From Sphaerodactylus townsendi (taxonomy: Eukaryota), in NCBI RefSeq assembly GCF_021028975.2, contig NC_059429.1:32240001-32304000 (forward strand): DNA of 64,000 bases. The letters run 5' to 3'. The notes below the pieces were generated by a model. That model was not told the origin of the DNA and searched no databases. It saw only the letters and a list, made by a program, of their open reading frames with translations. The translations under genes and the position numbers were made by a program. Within the stretch, counting starts at the first letter, position 1, and each line of letters starts with the position of its first letter. Below are positions 38,097 through 52,300 of this stretch, in pieces.

Positions 38097-39496
38097 CTAA
38101 AGGAATGGTAGAAATCAGTACTACAAAGGAGAACCATAGGCATAGGCATACTCTTCTTTCAGAGACCCAGAAATCTGAATTCAATGGATGAAAGATACCA
38201 AGAGACACTTTCCCTTGGAGCATAAGACAGATACTGAGAATGCCAGAGGACAAAAATATCACATGAAAGGATCATAGAATTCTCGACACAGATTCCTGAA
38301 GCAAGCTACCAACTGCACATGGTAATGTTATGAACAAACATGTCATGTGAAAACAGAAATCTTCCTGTAATGAGCAGATTGCCTAGACCAGACTTAAGAT
38401 ACCTGGTATCACATGCTACAAGTGTCTGAAAGACAAAACTAGCACTTCAGATAAAATTATAGAAAGGGAATCCAAGGAGCTTGGCACCAGTAACTTCTTC
38501 TCCCAGCCAACAACCACACAGTTCATTGAGTGGCTGTGTTTTTCATGCCCCAGTGAAGCATGCATCACCTTCAGCCTACTGGCATGTGTCAAAATGCAAC
38601 CAAATGCCCTCTCTCTAAATAAATGCATCTGGTTGGCATTTACTGAGAGCAAGGACTTGTTTGAACAGCACAGGCCAATTTGGAGAAGAAAAAACTAGGG
38701 ACATCACTTGCCCCCAAACAAAAGGGTGTTCTAACCCAGCCTCTATTTCTAATATGCTATTTTCAAAGTAGCTGATACATTTCAGAAGAAAAATATTTTA
38801 AAATATCCAAACCTTCCTCTGAGATTTGTTACAGCACTGAGAGTAAGGTGTTGTGGTGCAGTGGTCAAATTGCAAGACCAGGATTCAAATCTCTACTGTG
38901 ACATAAAGTCCATGCAAATGTATCCCCCTTGCTTTCCATATAAGAAAGGTCAGGGATAAAAATGCTATGGGTTGCTAGATAGTCTGTACATCCTTGCAAT
39001 AAAAATTCAAATTGCGAATGAATTCAGAATTGATCAGACAAAGGGTTGGATCACACATGCACTTTCAGCCCTTCTGGATTGTCATTTCAAGTGATGATTT
39101 CCATGTATGAAAAGACCATCAAGGATATATTAAACCACTAATGAAAACCATGTATTCAACAACACAGGTTCCTTGAAATCAGTCGCCTTCACCCAACTAT
39201 ATTACACTTTAACTCCTATTTATGTTTACGGGATTTATTATTTTAAAAATTATATTTAGGGTTCCACACAAAAACTCTATGAGCTAAACAGTCAGAGGCT
39301 TCAATGTGATTTTGTTCCGTAACTGTTGTTTTTCATTAATAGCTCTTTGAGAGACTGTAATTTTCATCCCATCTCCAAATTGTTTGGCAAGGCAACTCTA
39401 TACCTCAGTAATTCATCCAGTATTGTCAAATGACAGCATGGCTGATGGATTCAGAACTGTGACTTCAAATCATCCTTTTGATCATAATAAACCTAC

Positions 39497-39574
39497 CTGA
39501 GTCTTCATCTGGTTTTTATGGTTTAAGCGGAAGGATTCAAAGTTCGGCATTTTCGTTTCCTCGCTATCGTTCAT
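39497..39574 (-). CDS. Putative first coding part of the same small ORF (exon 39497-39602)
   Basis: tttcgtttgcAG| and CAG|GTAGGT; MNDSEETKMPNFESFRLNHKNQMKTQ, phase 0. Confidence 0.4.
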
Positions 39575-39993
39575 GACCTTTCAAGTGCTGCTTCTGCTTT
39601 CACTGCAAACGAAATTTCCATTGGCATGCATCACTATAAAGTACAGATCAGAAGGAGGGCAGGGTTCCAATTTAAGCCTTCATCAGGTCTTTTTGGGCTC
39701 ATGCTGATTTGTTTTTAACCTTGCTGTACTAAGGGGGGAGGGGGAGACTGTCAGCAAAATTGGGGTTGAAAAGCCACTTTGCAAAGAATCATATAGAAAT
39801 GACTCAAAATTTCTCAGTACAGTAAACCTTTATTGGGCATAATTTCTCAATAAAACTAAATTCTTTTGAGCAGATCCTGCAGTGGTTTGATGTTCACCAT
39901 CAGATTCTGTCAGAATTCCTCACAATATGTAGGGACTTTTGCAAGGACTCTAAAGGGTTTTCAGAGCACTAGCATAGGCAGTCATTCAACTGG

Positions 39994-40144
39994 GGCCCCA
40001 TCTGCACATGCAGAATGATGCACATTCAATCCACTTTTGCAATTGTTTGAAAGTGGATTTTACTATTCTGCACAGTAAAATGCAGCTTCAAAGTGCATTG
40101 AAAGTGGATTGAAAGTGCATTATTCTGCATGTGCGGGAGGGGCG
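39994..40144. mobile_element. Palindromic Harbinger-type MITE (family of 3431-3570)
   Basis: Same internal palindrome and TIR type; apparent TSD TGG. Confidence 0.7.
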
Positions 40145-43100
40145 TGGGTCATGCCGAAATCAAGAGGGTGGAGAATGAGTTCTTCTGTGAAGCCCCATGT
40201 CCTCAGCATGCACATAATGAATACTTGCAACTATGTGAGGATGGCACATTGAACAATGGGAATTGTGGACCACATTGTTTGAAGAATATACAGAACTATA
40301 TAGGAATTGTGTTCAGGGTGTGGCATATATGGCAAAGATTTCTCCCTATCCTCTGCCTTCCCTTCTTGATGACTGAAGTCTTTTCAGCAGCCTTCTAGCA
40401 CTGATACTTTGCCACATCACTGGATTATAAAAGATAGCCAATATAGGGGTTAAAGTATCACACTGAAATCCCCACTATACCACAGTAATTCACCGGATGC
40501 TCTTAAGCTAATCATTCTCTCAGCTTTACCTATTTCACATAGTTATTATGAAGATAAAATGGAGGTGAGAAAACAATGCTGTATGTTGCTGGGGAGAGTC
40601 TAAATGAACAAATTAAAAAAATTACCTTCTTCGAAGGACTGGATAGTTCAGTATACAGGATCCAAATCCAAGCAGGTTCCAGATAAGTCAAATAAAATAT
40701 GGTGAGATTCCAGGAACTGTTGTACAATGGGATGTTTTTGATTGGAACTACTGAGCTATTGAGCCACAGCATAATTTGCCCCACAATACTTAATCAACAA
40801 AGGGCTGCCCTGAGTCCTGCTCCCATGAGACCTCAGGAAAGGTCATAATGTGATGCTGAATGCAAAATCCAGGTTCCTCGTCTCAGCTTGATTTTTTTAA
40901 AGGAGCCATTTTATACCTCTTTGATTGCCAAGACAGAGGGGGGCAGATTCCAATGTTTTGGGACAAAACTTCATTATTCTACCAAGCTGTTTGTTCTGTT
41001 CCTATAACTAGCAAAATCAAAACATTTACAATGCATCAAAGACTCTGATACAGTTTGCACAGCTACCTAATTCTAGCACTAAATCCACATTGATCCCATA
41101 ATATTTTTGTGTAGAATGTCTACAACCCTATCTAAGCTTCTCCCATTAATATTTTTATTTCACTGATAACTTTTACAATTTATAGACAGATTCATCAAAA
41201 GGCTAGAAATCTAGGCAACCTCTCCAGCCCCCCACTCCGCACCATAGACCAGCTAGCAAAATGAAAGTATAAGCCCAGCATCTTTCATTAGGCACAAGAA
41301 CACTGCTACAACTAAAGCAAGCAATGCTGTTGTAGCCTCTCAAAAAGGAAATAAAATAAAACAACATCTTCCAGAGTCAATGGCTGCTCTGAACTTCAAT
41401 TTTACCCCAAAGGAAAAGTGCTTAATCAGTCTGAAGCACGAAAGTAAAGAATGTGAAAGCCTCCTGAAATCTGTAACCTTTAGGGTCTTCACCTCTATCC
41501 TTCCCAGCCAGAGCCCACACCAAAAGACCATTGGATGTGGTGTCTTAGCATTCTGCTTGCCCTTATCCTCTCCTATGTCATCTGATCTCTTCTGTAGTCC
41601 AGTCAGACACTGAGAAGATGCTATTTTGGATGCTTGCTGCTCAGGAAAGAATTGCTACTTACTGGTAAAACTTGCCAGAAAATGGTAGGCATAGAATGGC
41701 ATTGTCATCACCATTCCATGATCTCCTTTTTGTCATGTTCATGTTTTTTGGCTGAGCAAGTTGATACTTCTAGTGAGATTTTTCTGGGCCACTTGGTTGC
41801 TTTTCGTCCTGGTCCCTGTTGATCTTGGTCCCAGCAAGCACTTGTCCATTTCCAAATAGTACCAGGTCTGGAATTATGCATACATATTGGGATATTGGGG
41901 TGTTTAAATGATATTATAACTGGGATTTCTTTAAACCATGCAGCAGCCGAACAAGGAAGTCATTGGCAAAGTCTACGTGACCCACACAATGCCAGTCCCT
42001 CTAAGCTGTGGAAAATTAGACATACTGAAGTTTGTAAACATCAGGCAGGCCAAATAGTACTCCTATGCCCCCCCCCCTCCCAATAGGTTTGCCATGTGCC
42101 TGATTGGAGCAGGGTATTTTCTCTCCCCAGCAAGCATTACCCATCAGCACTGAAGTCATCACCATTTGCCCAGCCTGTTACTTATTCTTATTGGCAGTGG
42201 TAATCCATGTGATTTAGCCAATGATGGCATGACATGATATATGAAAAAATAGTGAAAAAGGTGCTTCTAAACAAAATAACGTGGGTTATCAAAGCTAACA
42301 GGATTAAATGGCTGGATTGAACAATTAAATCATAGATGGTGAAAGCAAAAGAAGGTGGAACTGAGGTGAACAGTGTTGAAGAAAGGTGTTTAATCAAATT
42401 GTATTCCTTACAAACACTGAAATGAGAGAATATGCAGGACAACCATAGCTGAATTTTGACACACAACTGCTCAATCTTATTTTTGGATGGCAAAGAGAAG
42501 GTGGGGGGCGGGACAGATTTTAGAAATATCCTGACATTTTTAAAAATAAAAACAATTATATGAGTTTACAAAAAGTGAAAAAAAACCCATGGGCAGCGCC
42601 TCAAAGGGTCAAAAGACAAAAAAGAAGCGGGGGATGGGGGGGGGAGAAGAGGTTTTTAGCTAATTAGTTTGAAATGCCAATGTTGTTCAAAGAACCCACA
42701 CTGTCACAATGCTAATGGTGACCCTACAATCTGAATATGCCAGAGGGTTATAAAGCAAACACTGACTCGGGAAGTCAAATACAAATATTTTGAGATGACA
42801 TTTTAATTTCCAGCAAGTTGTTTTGACATTATTTTGCTCAAATAAGGGAAGCATATCACTAAGCCTTGGAGCAGACCAAATGTCAGATGCTTTGTATGTA
42901 TTATTTAAGCAGAACATCTAAATTGACTTTTCTCTGTTCATTGTTAAACAGGTGACGACATTGTCCTGAGTTATTATAATGCAAGGAGAAAAACTTGAAA
43001 AACAACAACAGTGGAGGCAGAGAAGTATCGATTCACGGGACATGGCGGGGGCCGAGATCTGTTTTTTCCCTCATGTTGCACCAAAGTGAATTTGTGATTT

Positions 43101-46100
43101 TTAATTTCTTATTACTGGACTGTCGCTCTTCTTACAGACTAACAGAGGAGTACTCATCCGACTCGGAAATTTAAAAAGAAAACCAAACCAGCCAAATCTT
43201 AGCAAGGCTCCATATCTTCTTCCCTCATACACCAGATGTGAAGAGCAAGAAGGAAAGTAATGATTCACAGAGTTGATTCCCTGACTGAATATGCTGGTGC
43301 AGCCACACATAAACCAACATAACTTGTTACTGGAAATCAGTAAGCTTTCCAGAGGGCTGATTAAAGGATATTTCCTTAGCCCCCAGGAAACTCTGCCCTC
43401 TCACAGGCTGCTGATTACAAACATATGCATCCTTCCCCCATATTGCCTGGAATAGGATTGCTAATTCCCAGTATTGGAAATGCTTTTTTGCAGAAAGCTC
43501 TCCAAAATGTGCACTAGCGCATAAACATACATTGACCTACTCAAGCAACCTTGATTCCCATAAGGAAAAGTAGAGAAAAGAAATAAAAGTCAGAGTACAT
43601 AATAAACTACCAGAGAATATTAAAATAAAAAGATACCCATAAGAAACTCCTGCACATGGTAATACCCCCTGAAATCATCACACTGAGGATGTGGCTTTTG
43701 GAACAATCTCATAAAGACTCCAGAGTGGATGGTTGGTTTATGGTTCATTAGATTTGTATAACGCCCTCCCCCCGATGGGCTCAGGACTCAGGATGTGCAT
43801 GTCTGGTCGGGAAGTAATAAGTGCAAGACCTGCAATTTTTTTAAAGCTACCACGAGTCTAGTAAGCTGTGCACAAAGGCTCACTGTACCACGAGAGAGCT
43901 TACAGAGCCCAGACATGTTACGTGTTAGATGACACTCTTGTTCCTGTGTTGGTTAAAAAAGGTTGTTTACCTTGACCACGTGTTGCTATTCATCACATGG
44001 TGATTCCAAAATTAAGTGATGACTTGCATGGTGAATGAGGCATTGGAGATCTCACGCAATACACAGAATCACAATGTCTTGCAATTCAGTGGCAAGAGAG
44101 GGAAATGAAGGGACAACAATCAACTGATACTACAAATACACACACCAGTCAAGCTAAAAATCTATTTGTAATCTCAGAACCACAAAAGGCAGCTTTGTTC
44201 ATGAACAGATCTGTAGAAATTAGCCCCAGTCAAAACACTGTGCCTACATTTAAAAAAAAAAAAACGCTCCAAACCTAGTTCTTGTTGATGGATTTCATGC
44301 AGAATTTGAAAGAAGACTGACAACCTCCAGGGATTTCTTGCTTGCCAGCCATTTTTTTCCCTTGACTGATGAAAAACCACAAAGCCTCTCATTCTGCTTT
44401 AGCTGCATACCAGCAAACCCACATCATAACTAGCGGCATTGCTGAGGTTTCTGTTGTTGTTGTTGTTCCTTGTCACATCCAATAAAAATCCAACTCCCTG
44501 GATCTGATATCGCTGCTTTTCCTGTTATGATCATCATGACGATAAAAGACCAGGGAGTCCTGGGTGGAAAATGGAATTCTCTCCTCATCTTTTCAGAGTT
44601 GTACATGAATACTCTGTAAGAGCATTCAGAATTTTTCTTAGGCACATGCAGAATGTAAAATAGCAGCTATGGATTTTTTAAATAAAAAAATCCCATCCAA
44701 AGCTGGGTCAATGTTTTTTTACAATGTTTTGTAAAAAAGAGAACAGCCATGGCTATAATCCAGTTAAAATTAAGCACTTCAAAATCCTAAGGATTTCAGT
44801 GGGCTGAGCACATGTTTAGAACTGTTCCATTGAAACCCATGCGTATCTTTTGCTGGTATGATACTAGCCTTCATTTTTAACTTGTCGTGTGAATCATCTG
44901 GCTATTCTAGAATATGTTCCACAAATCAAGTTCATGTCTATTGATGGGGATGTACTAATTTTAAGGCCTGCTTCTTCAGAGTTCACCAGCGAGACCTGAT
45001 TAACGAGAGATTGCATTGTACACCAGACTGTTCAAAGGGTAGTTGGAGGCTTTGGAGCGTGGTCTGAAAAGGGGCCACTGGCTTTCCTTTCCCCATATCA
45101 GCAAACCCATGCATGGACAAACACTGATGGTCATGCTGGAACAACTTCCATCCGGAAGTGAAGGCTTCATAAAAGACTAAATCCGCATGTTTTAGCCTTG
45201 TTACCTGTTATTGCAAAGCAGCTGGACATGCATGGCCCCATATGTTCATGAGTCTATGATTTGTGGGAATGGCAAGGGACACCAGCATTGCCTCCCTGCA
45301 TGGTATGGAATAACAGAGTGATGGGCTACCACCTTCTCTCAAAATACATGGCAGGTCTCTTCTGAGAAACTTCTAATGAAATGCATATTCCCCATGACAG
45401 CTTTTGCTGAGTGCCTTGAATGAGCCAGGAGCTGCTGCACCATCCGTCAGGTTAGGTGGTCCACCGAAGAGCAATTTGTCTTCCATGGATTACCTGCCAT
45501 GGCTGCCTTTGTATTGTGGACAATAGAATTGCACAATGCCATGTTTGCAAAAGATGCTGTGGTTCACAGAGGTTTACTAATTCTCTAAACATACTATTAC
45601 TCATTTTATAGCCTTTTCAAAACATTGTTCCTCTACAGTCATTACAATTGCCTGGCAAGGTAAACCAGTATAATCCCCAATACTGCAAATTTAGATCTGA
45701 GAAAGAAATATTTATGGTAGAAGCAACATTTGAATCAGGAACGTCTTGGTTTACAGCCCAGCCTTCTGAGCCACAATGTGATACTAGAATTGTTGTTAAA
45801 AGCGCAACACCCCTGTGGCATGGTAGGCATTCAGTGAACAGGAATTAAATAGTTGCCATGAGGAAGGAGATTTTAACACAAGTAGTGACATTTTAATATA
45901 TTTGATCTTTTGATCCTTTCATGAATATTTCTATACCGTCTCAATTCCGCACCTTTTCAGGGTTATGACAGATCATGAATTAAAAACAAATAAAGTACAG
46001 TAAGATTGCCATGTATCTAAACTGAGAAGCATCAGTAATGCAACTAGAGAGGAATGGTCTGCTGACAGTTGATAACATCACTGCAATTCTGACAGGAATA

Positions 46101-46924
46101 ACTCAAAGGGATTTCCATCTTTGTAGCACTCTGTGTTTTTTGTTAGTTGGACATGTGACAAGCAGACTTGCTGTTCTAGCTGTCAGGCTTGAGAGATGAC
46201 TAAGTAGATGTGATTTCCGCCCACCCCCCCATCTCTTTTTCAAAACAATGACTGAGGATCAAAAATACCAACATTGATCTGGCAGCCTGGATACCGCTGC
46301 TAAGAGTGGGCAGCTAACTGCACCTGTCACTTGCTACTCATGAATTGTTTGGGTGCTGTGCCAGCCAGATGGTGCATGGTGCCCATTTCACATCAAGCTC
46401 TTGTGGCTTTTGTCAGGTTAGGTGGTCCTCTGGTTTCAAGAGACAATGTCCACCGGAAGGCAGTGGCTGCCAACATGCCTATGAGAGATGCAGCTCCTCC
46501 GAATCTCGCATTCTGAACGCACCATTACATAATTCTTCAGCATTTTAAGACCATGGATTCCATATAATTACAAATGGCACACTTAGGGCAAAACAATGCC
46601 CTGCAATAAGGACAGAGGATGCCAACAAAACTCACAGTTTCGTATCAACCTCTTTTAATGTGTATACTGAATCTTACCTGCCATGTTCAGACACAGCTGA
46701 ACTCATGTTTCTTTGTGCTGCACATCACTTGCTGCTAGGGAAACAAGATATGGACAGGCTTTACAAAAAAAAGTCACAGTAATGTGTAGCTTTCTCCGTA
46801 TTCTATGCCAGTTTCAAAAAATTCTGCAGTGGTTATCATTTGAGCCATACTGTGATGTTTTAATGCTCTTTATTTCAAAAAAGTCTTCCAGTTCTAATAA
46901 AGTTGGCATAATGACCAAAACAAC

Positions 46925-47465
46925 CGTCATGAACCACCCCCTGGGTACTTACCAGGACACAGAGGACTCTGAGGCAGAACCTGAGGATACAGAGCAGCCA
47001 GAGGTTGCTGCTCCTGAGGAAGACCTGAAAGCAGAACCAACTTCCAGCCCAGCCCTATGATGTGCAGGTGGAGGAGCCTGCAAATTCTAGGGAATCCAGA
47101 AGCAGAGGCAGCTGCTGCAGAGGCAAAGAAGGAGTGCTCGTGTGGCAGCAAAACATGGGAAGTGTCTGCATCTGATGAGGATTAACTCCTTGCAGAATCC
47201 CTGCCCCTTGAACAAGGCTCTCTATATAAACCTTGCTGTGAGCTCGCTTCTGCCTGGGTGCAACAAGCGTGTTTCCTGCTACTTCTGTGTGCCTGGTCTA
47301 CTTCTGATCTCCTGTGCCGTGACCTGTTGGGCTGACTGATGACTACGCCTTCACCTGCTGAGTGCCTTGACCCATTGTACTGTCTTCTGACCACACTCTT
47401 GTCTGCTGCCTGTTCTGTCCTGCAGTACTGGATCTGACCACACCCTGCCTGCTTGCAGCACAACA
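46925..47465 (+). mobile_element. Probable gypsy-type solo LTR fragment
   Basis: (t/c)gtcatgaac start, acidic pseudo-ORF, tatataaa box at ~47224; resemblance from memory only. Confidence 0.45.
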
Positions 47466-49262
47466 ACCTTCTGAACATCCTTTTCAAAAAGTAAAAACTA
47501 ATCTTTTGAAATGCAGGTTATTGTATTGCTTTGTGCATCGCATAATCCAAACAAGTGACCAGTCCAGACAGTAAAACCCAGCACTAAGCAACATTAGTAA
47601 GTTTGGTAAGTTTTTATTCTATATTACACAGTGGGGCACTTTACGGCAATGTGGAGCTCACCAAATACTTTGTACTGACATTAACAAAAACAGTTAAAGT
47701 GCATTCAGAGGTGCTACTGACAGGAGTTCAAGTTCTGGTCTTTAAACTCTAAAGCAGCCGTCTTCAACATTTTTGGAGCTCAGACCCACCCAAAAACCTC
47801 AACCTGTAATCCTGGACCCACTTTTGTTTCCACATATGCGATCATACAGCATGTGACGGAACTAAGGAAAATAGCATATAAAAACTCTATTCCATATAAC
47901 ACTATTTCAAAACTAGGAGCATTCAAAAGCTGACTGTGAAGAGTTAATTCCTTACAGAGCCTGTGTATGTGAGTGACAGCTGGGTGTGGGTGGAGCTTAG
48001 AACTCAGTTGCTGATGGGAATACAGACATATTTAGTGTCTGTGTATAGACCTGCGGTGTTGGCAGAAAGAGTATTTGGGGAAAAGCACCCTCCTTTAGCC
48101 AAAGAGGAAAATAAACAAAGCTAGTTGGTCTCCTGAACTGTGAGTTTAGGACAGAGGGAGCTGTCTAAGTCAGAGAGATAGTAAATAACTTTTAATTTAT
48201 TCCTAATAAAGGTTATTGTATTGTATTGACCAATCTCTAGCCAAGAGGAATTTAAATTCTGCATGGAAGAAGAATTCCCATCCCAAGTTCTAAGGTAGAT
48301 TTATTCTGAAATGAGCCTATTCTGAAATGAGTTTGGGAAGTCTGAAGAGAAAAAATGAGTTTGGTGAAAACTCCATTCCTTCTAGATTTTAGTCACCAGA
48401 GTTTACCCATGAACCTCTGAGTGCAAGTATGAGTCAATGCTGTATAACAACCAGAAAGTCTTATTTCAAAGAATTCAGAAATCTTTAACAAACCAAAATC
48501 TTATTAAAAAGCCAAATACTATCTGTGCTGTATTATTAAGAATATATTAAAAAAATTGTATATAACTTAGCTTCCTCCCTCCTCACCAAATCCCCCATCC
48601 CATCCCTGAAGAGTTTAATAAAATTCTATTGTATTATTGTCAAATTTTGGAAAGCCTCTAGTGTAATAATTTTTGAGATCAAACACAGGAGAAAGGTGGG
48701 GAGGAATCACTTCAATTCTTTAAGCTGCTTCAGTTATGCATCTACTTTAGTGAGGTACAGTGTGGGACAAATGAATAACCTGCCCCCGAAGGTTATACAT
48801 AGCAAAGTTGACCAGTGAGAAGATCAGAACAAGCAAATATCAGAAGAATTAGAAAACATTCCTGCTTCTGAGTTTAGGGGAAGCGGAAGATACCCCAGCA
48901 TGACACAGCACTTCATATATATTATCTTGTTACAGTCCTCACAACTGTTGGTCAGTTTTGTGATCACCCCTATATTTCGGATTGAAACAGCAACCAAAAC
49001 AGTGTAGCTTACATGCGGTCACCTAATAAAATGTGGTTAAGGTGAGATTCCAACCACTGACTTCTAGCTCTCAGTCACAATGTTACATTAGCTCTTCTCA
49101 TCTTTCTTATTTTAAAGAACTAGGAAGAAAAATTCCCAGCCCTTAATGGTTAAACCAGAGAGGGAATCTGGGAAGGTGCAACAAATTTTAGAAGTTTCAT
49201 CTCCTGAATCTCCTTCACAACTATAATAATAAAGGATCTTTCCTCTTTTTGCAAATAGTCTC

Positions 49263-49327
49263 TCCTTCCTTCCTTCCTTCCTTCCTTCCTTCCTTCCTTC
49301 CTTCCTTCCTTCCTTCCTTCCTTCCTT
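49263..49327. repeat. (CCTT)n microsatellite
   Basis: About 16 perfect units. Confidence 0.98.
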
Positions 49328-52300
49328 GTTTTTATGATAATGGCATCACTAGCACAAATTGCCTGAAGTTAGGTGTGATCCCCTTATGGATATTAACATA
49401 CCAGTTGAAGACCAGTGCTCTAGAGTTAACCTCATAATATAAGCTAGTGCAAAAGTACAAGCAAATCTCTAAAATAGGTGGCAGTTTCAGTGGGTTTTTT
49501 TGTGTGTAAATAGCTCTGCAATATATGAAAGGGTTGAAAAAAGCATTCCAATATAAACCACCCCGGAATTCACTGACGGTTTGTATAATATTGGTGTGAA
49601 AATTCTAGAAAGAATTATTCAAAAAAGACGGGTCACAAAACATTTGGAGATAAGGATATATACTGGGTTCTTCCATTCAAAGCTGACTTTCACTCTTTTT
49701 AAAAAAGCCCTTCAAAGATAGATTATTCACTGCACCACTTCCAGGTACAGTGTGCATATAGAACAATAAATTCACCACAATATTTGTAAGCAATTTGCAT
49801 CCAGAACTTGATAAACTGCACGGTGCTTTAAGCTGACTCATTCAAGTATGTTAAAGTAGGCCTTGATGGATGTTTGGCCATGAGAAGAAAATGTAGATCA
49901 ATACATGAACATAAAAATTAACATAATTTACACACAATTCAAAATGTACTGGCATCATCTATTGATTTGATCAATCATGGTGACGATGAGGGATGCCACA
50001 TGCCGGACTGTGGAAACATAAAAACCTACAAGCTAGTATTTTGTCACTGCAAACCAGGCACACCCTTTTCTTCCTGCAAGGGGGTTGAGATGCCTGTCAC
50101 CTCCTCTGCTACTGACGGCTGTGAGCAAGGAGAGTCCCAGTAGAGTACCAGCACCCTTCTTACGGTGCCACCCCAGTCTTTTGGATGGTAATTGCAGAAC
50201 TGGCCCTGCATCTGCCATTGATCGCTTCAATGCATAAAGAAGAAAATGAGCATCAAAAATTCTCAGTGAATCCAGAAAAATTATGTCCAGCAGCTACTGA
50301 TAAAGTACAGGGTGCTGCATAGGCATTAACAACTGTGAGTCACTGCTGTGTTGATTGTGTAACTGGCTAAGCCTGTATTTCTCATTATAACACAAAAATG
50401 TGGCATCCCTAGTCATTTGCAGTTAATAGTAAAACCATTTGTTGACTGACAAGGTAGAGTTCTTTTATTTATCAGACAACTGTAATTAAATGCTACAAAA
50501 TTATTTCAAACACCTGCATGGAAAGCAGACACATATATTTGTCAAAATAAATCACATAAAAAAAGCAAAAATATTGCACAAAATCCAATATATTTTGTCA
50601 AAGCCAATAAATTTCCCTCACATCCTGGTAGCTCCCTTGTTATGGTTAAACTGAGATACTAAACGAAGGAAATCTTACACAGCAATCTTGACTTTGGAGT
50701 TTACATTTCCTTGTCACTCATACTAATACTGATTCTAGAATTTAAATAAGAGTTAATGGTCTAAAATTCATATAATGTTCTACCAGATACTATGGTAGAA
50801 CCAGATTGGCACTTATTTCATCTCACTTACTCTACGATCAAGCACCTTTCCAAATGGCAGAACATTACAAAAGACTTTGGTCAAAGAAAATGGAGGGTAC
50901 TGGAGGAAAAGATGAACTATCTCCTGTACAATAATCCCCATTAAGAAAAGAGATGTCTGTTACTCTCCCACTTCTGTGTTAGACTAACAGTGAACACAAT
51001 GAAAGCATTTATGTCTCAAGTCTCACATTTTCCAAATGGCTTCAACTTGGCAGCTAGCTAGCTACCATTGTTTCCCAACTGCAAACTACAAGCTAGTTTA
51101 GCATTTAATCTGTGTGAATAACCCATTATATTTAATCTGTCTAATTTAATCTGCCCAACATAATTTGGGTTCAATCCACCGTGAATTGTAAAAATCCCAT
51201 TAAAATGAGGTCATTTAAGTGGGTTTCTGCACAGGAGATCCTTCTGTTGGATTTAAGTCATCTATTCCACTTCTGAATATTAATGTTTCCAAAAGTGCTA
51301 ATGTAGCATTTGATCAATTGGAAAACTCTTGCTGTCATGTTTAGGAGCAGAGCTAACCAGGACTGATAGCTTTCAATAACCTAACTTTAGCAATCGTAAA
51401 CAGCAATATTGCTATTTGAAATGCTGCAGAACAAAGTTGTGATAAAAATGTGCTTCTTTCATCATCACTAGAAGTACACTACCCACTCAAAAGCATGCCT
51501 TGTTTCAGGAGATTCATTTCTTTGCATAACTTTTAAAACATGTGGACATCAAACTACCCTATGTTACCTTCTATGCATAGATGTGCAGGTGAACACACAA
51601 GATCTTCTGCTAATTTAGTGTCTTTCATGTCTGAATTCTGGCAATGGCCTTTCATGGCACTTGGAACCAATTATGGGTGGTGATTGTGGCACTGGAATGG
51701 CGGATCAGGATATTTACCTATCAGTTCCATTGGCAACTCTAACGTTGTTGCCTCTGCTGAAATTTTTCTCTGTCCTCGAGTACATATTATCAAAGAAGGC
51801 TTTGGTAGTGGATCAACTCCTTTGGGTCCTGTAACATGAGATTCTGGTTCAGAACATTTCCATTTGGGGATTTTGTGACAAGGAACTACAAGACTTTAAA
51901 TTTTGCTTGCACTTAACTTTGTTATTTAAATTTAAATGCTGTGGAAATTTGTTTTAATGGGGTTAAGTTTTAGTTATGTATTTTATGTGCTGTTATTGGA
52001 ACAACTGTACTGTGAGCCACCTCGAGCCCTTTGGGGGTGAGGCGGCCTATAAATCTAATAAATAATAATAATAATAAAAAGTTATGATGGGTATCCAAAA
52101 ATACTAAAACTTATTGTGATTTTAACAGACTAATGGTGAACTAGGAGACCTTAGCTGAAGGTCTAATGTGATCAGATTAGATGTTTTATGGTTCTAAATT
52201 TAACAGTCTGAACAGCAAGCTAAATTTTAATGCAAAAAACTACACTTTTTCCTTCTAGGAGGAAGAAAATAATCTGATGATTCCATCAACTGCATCTACT

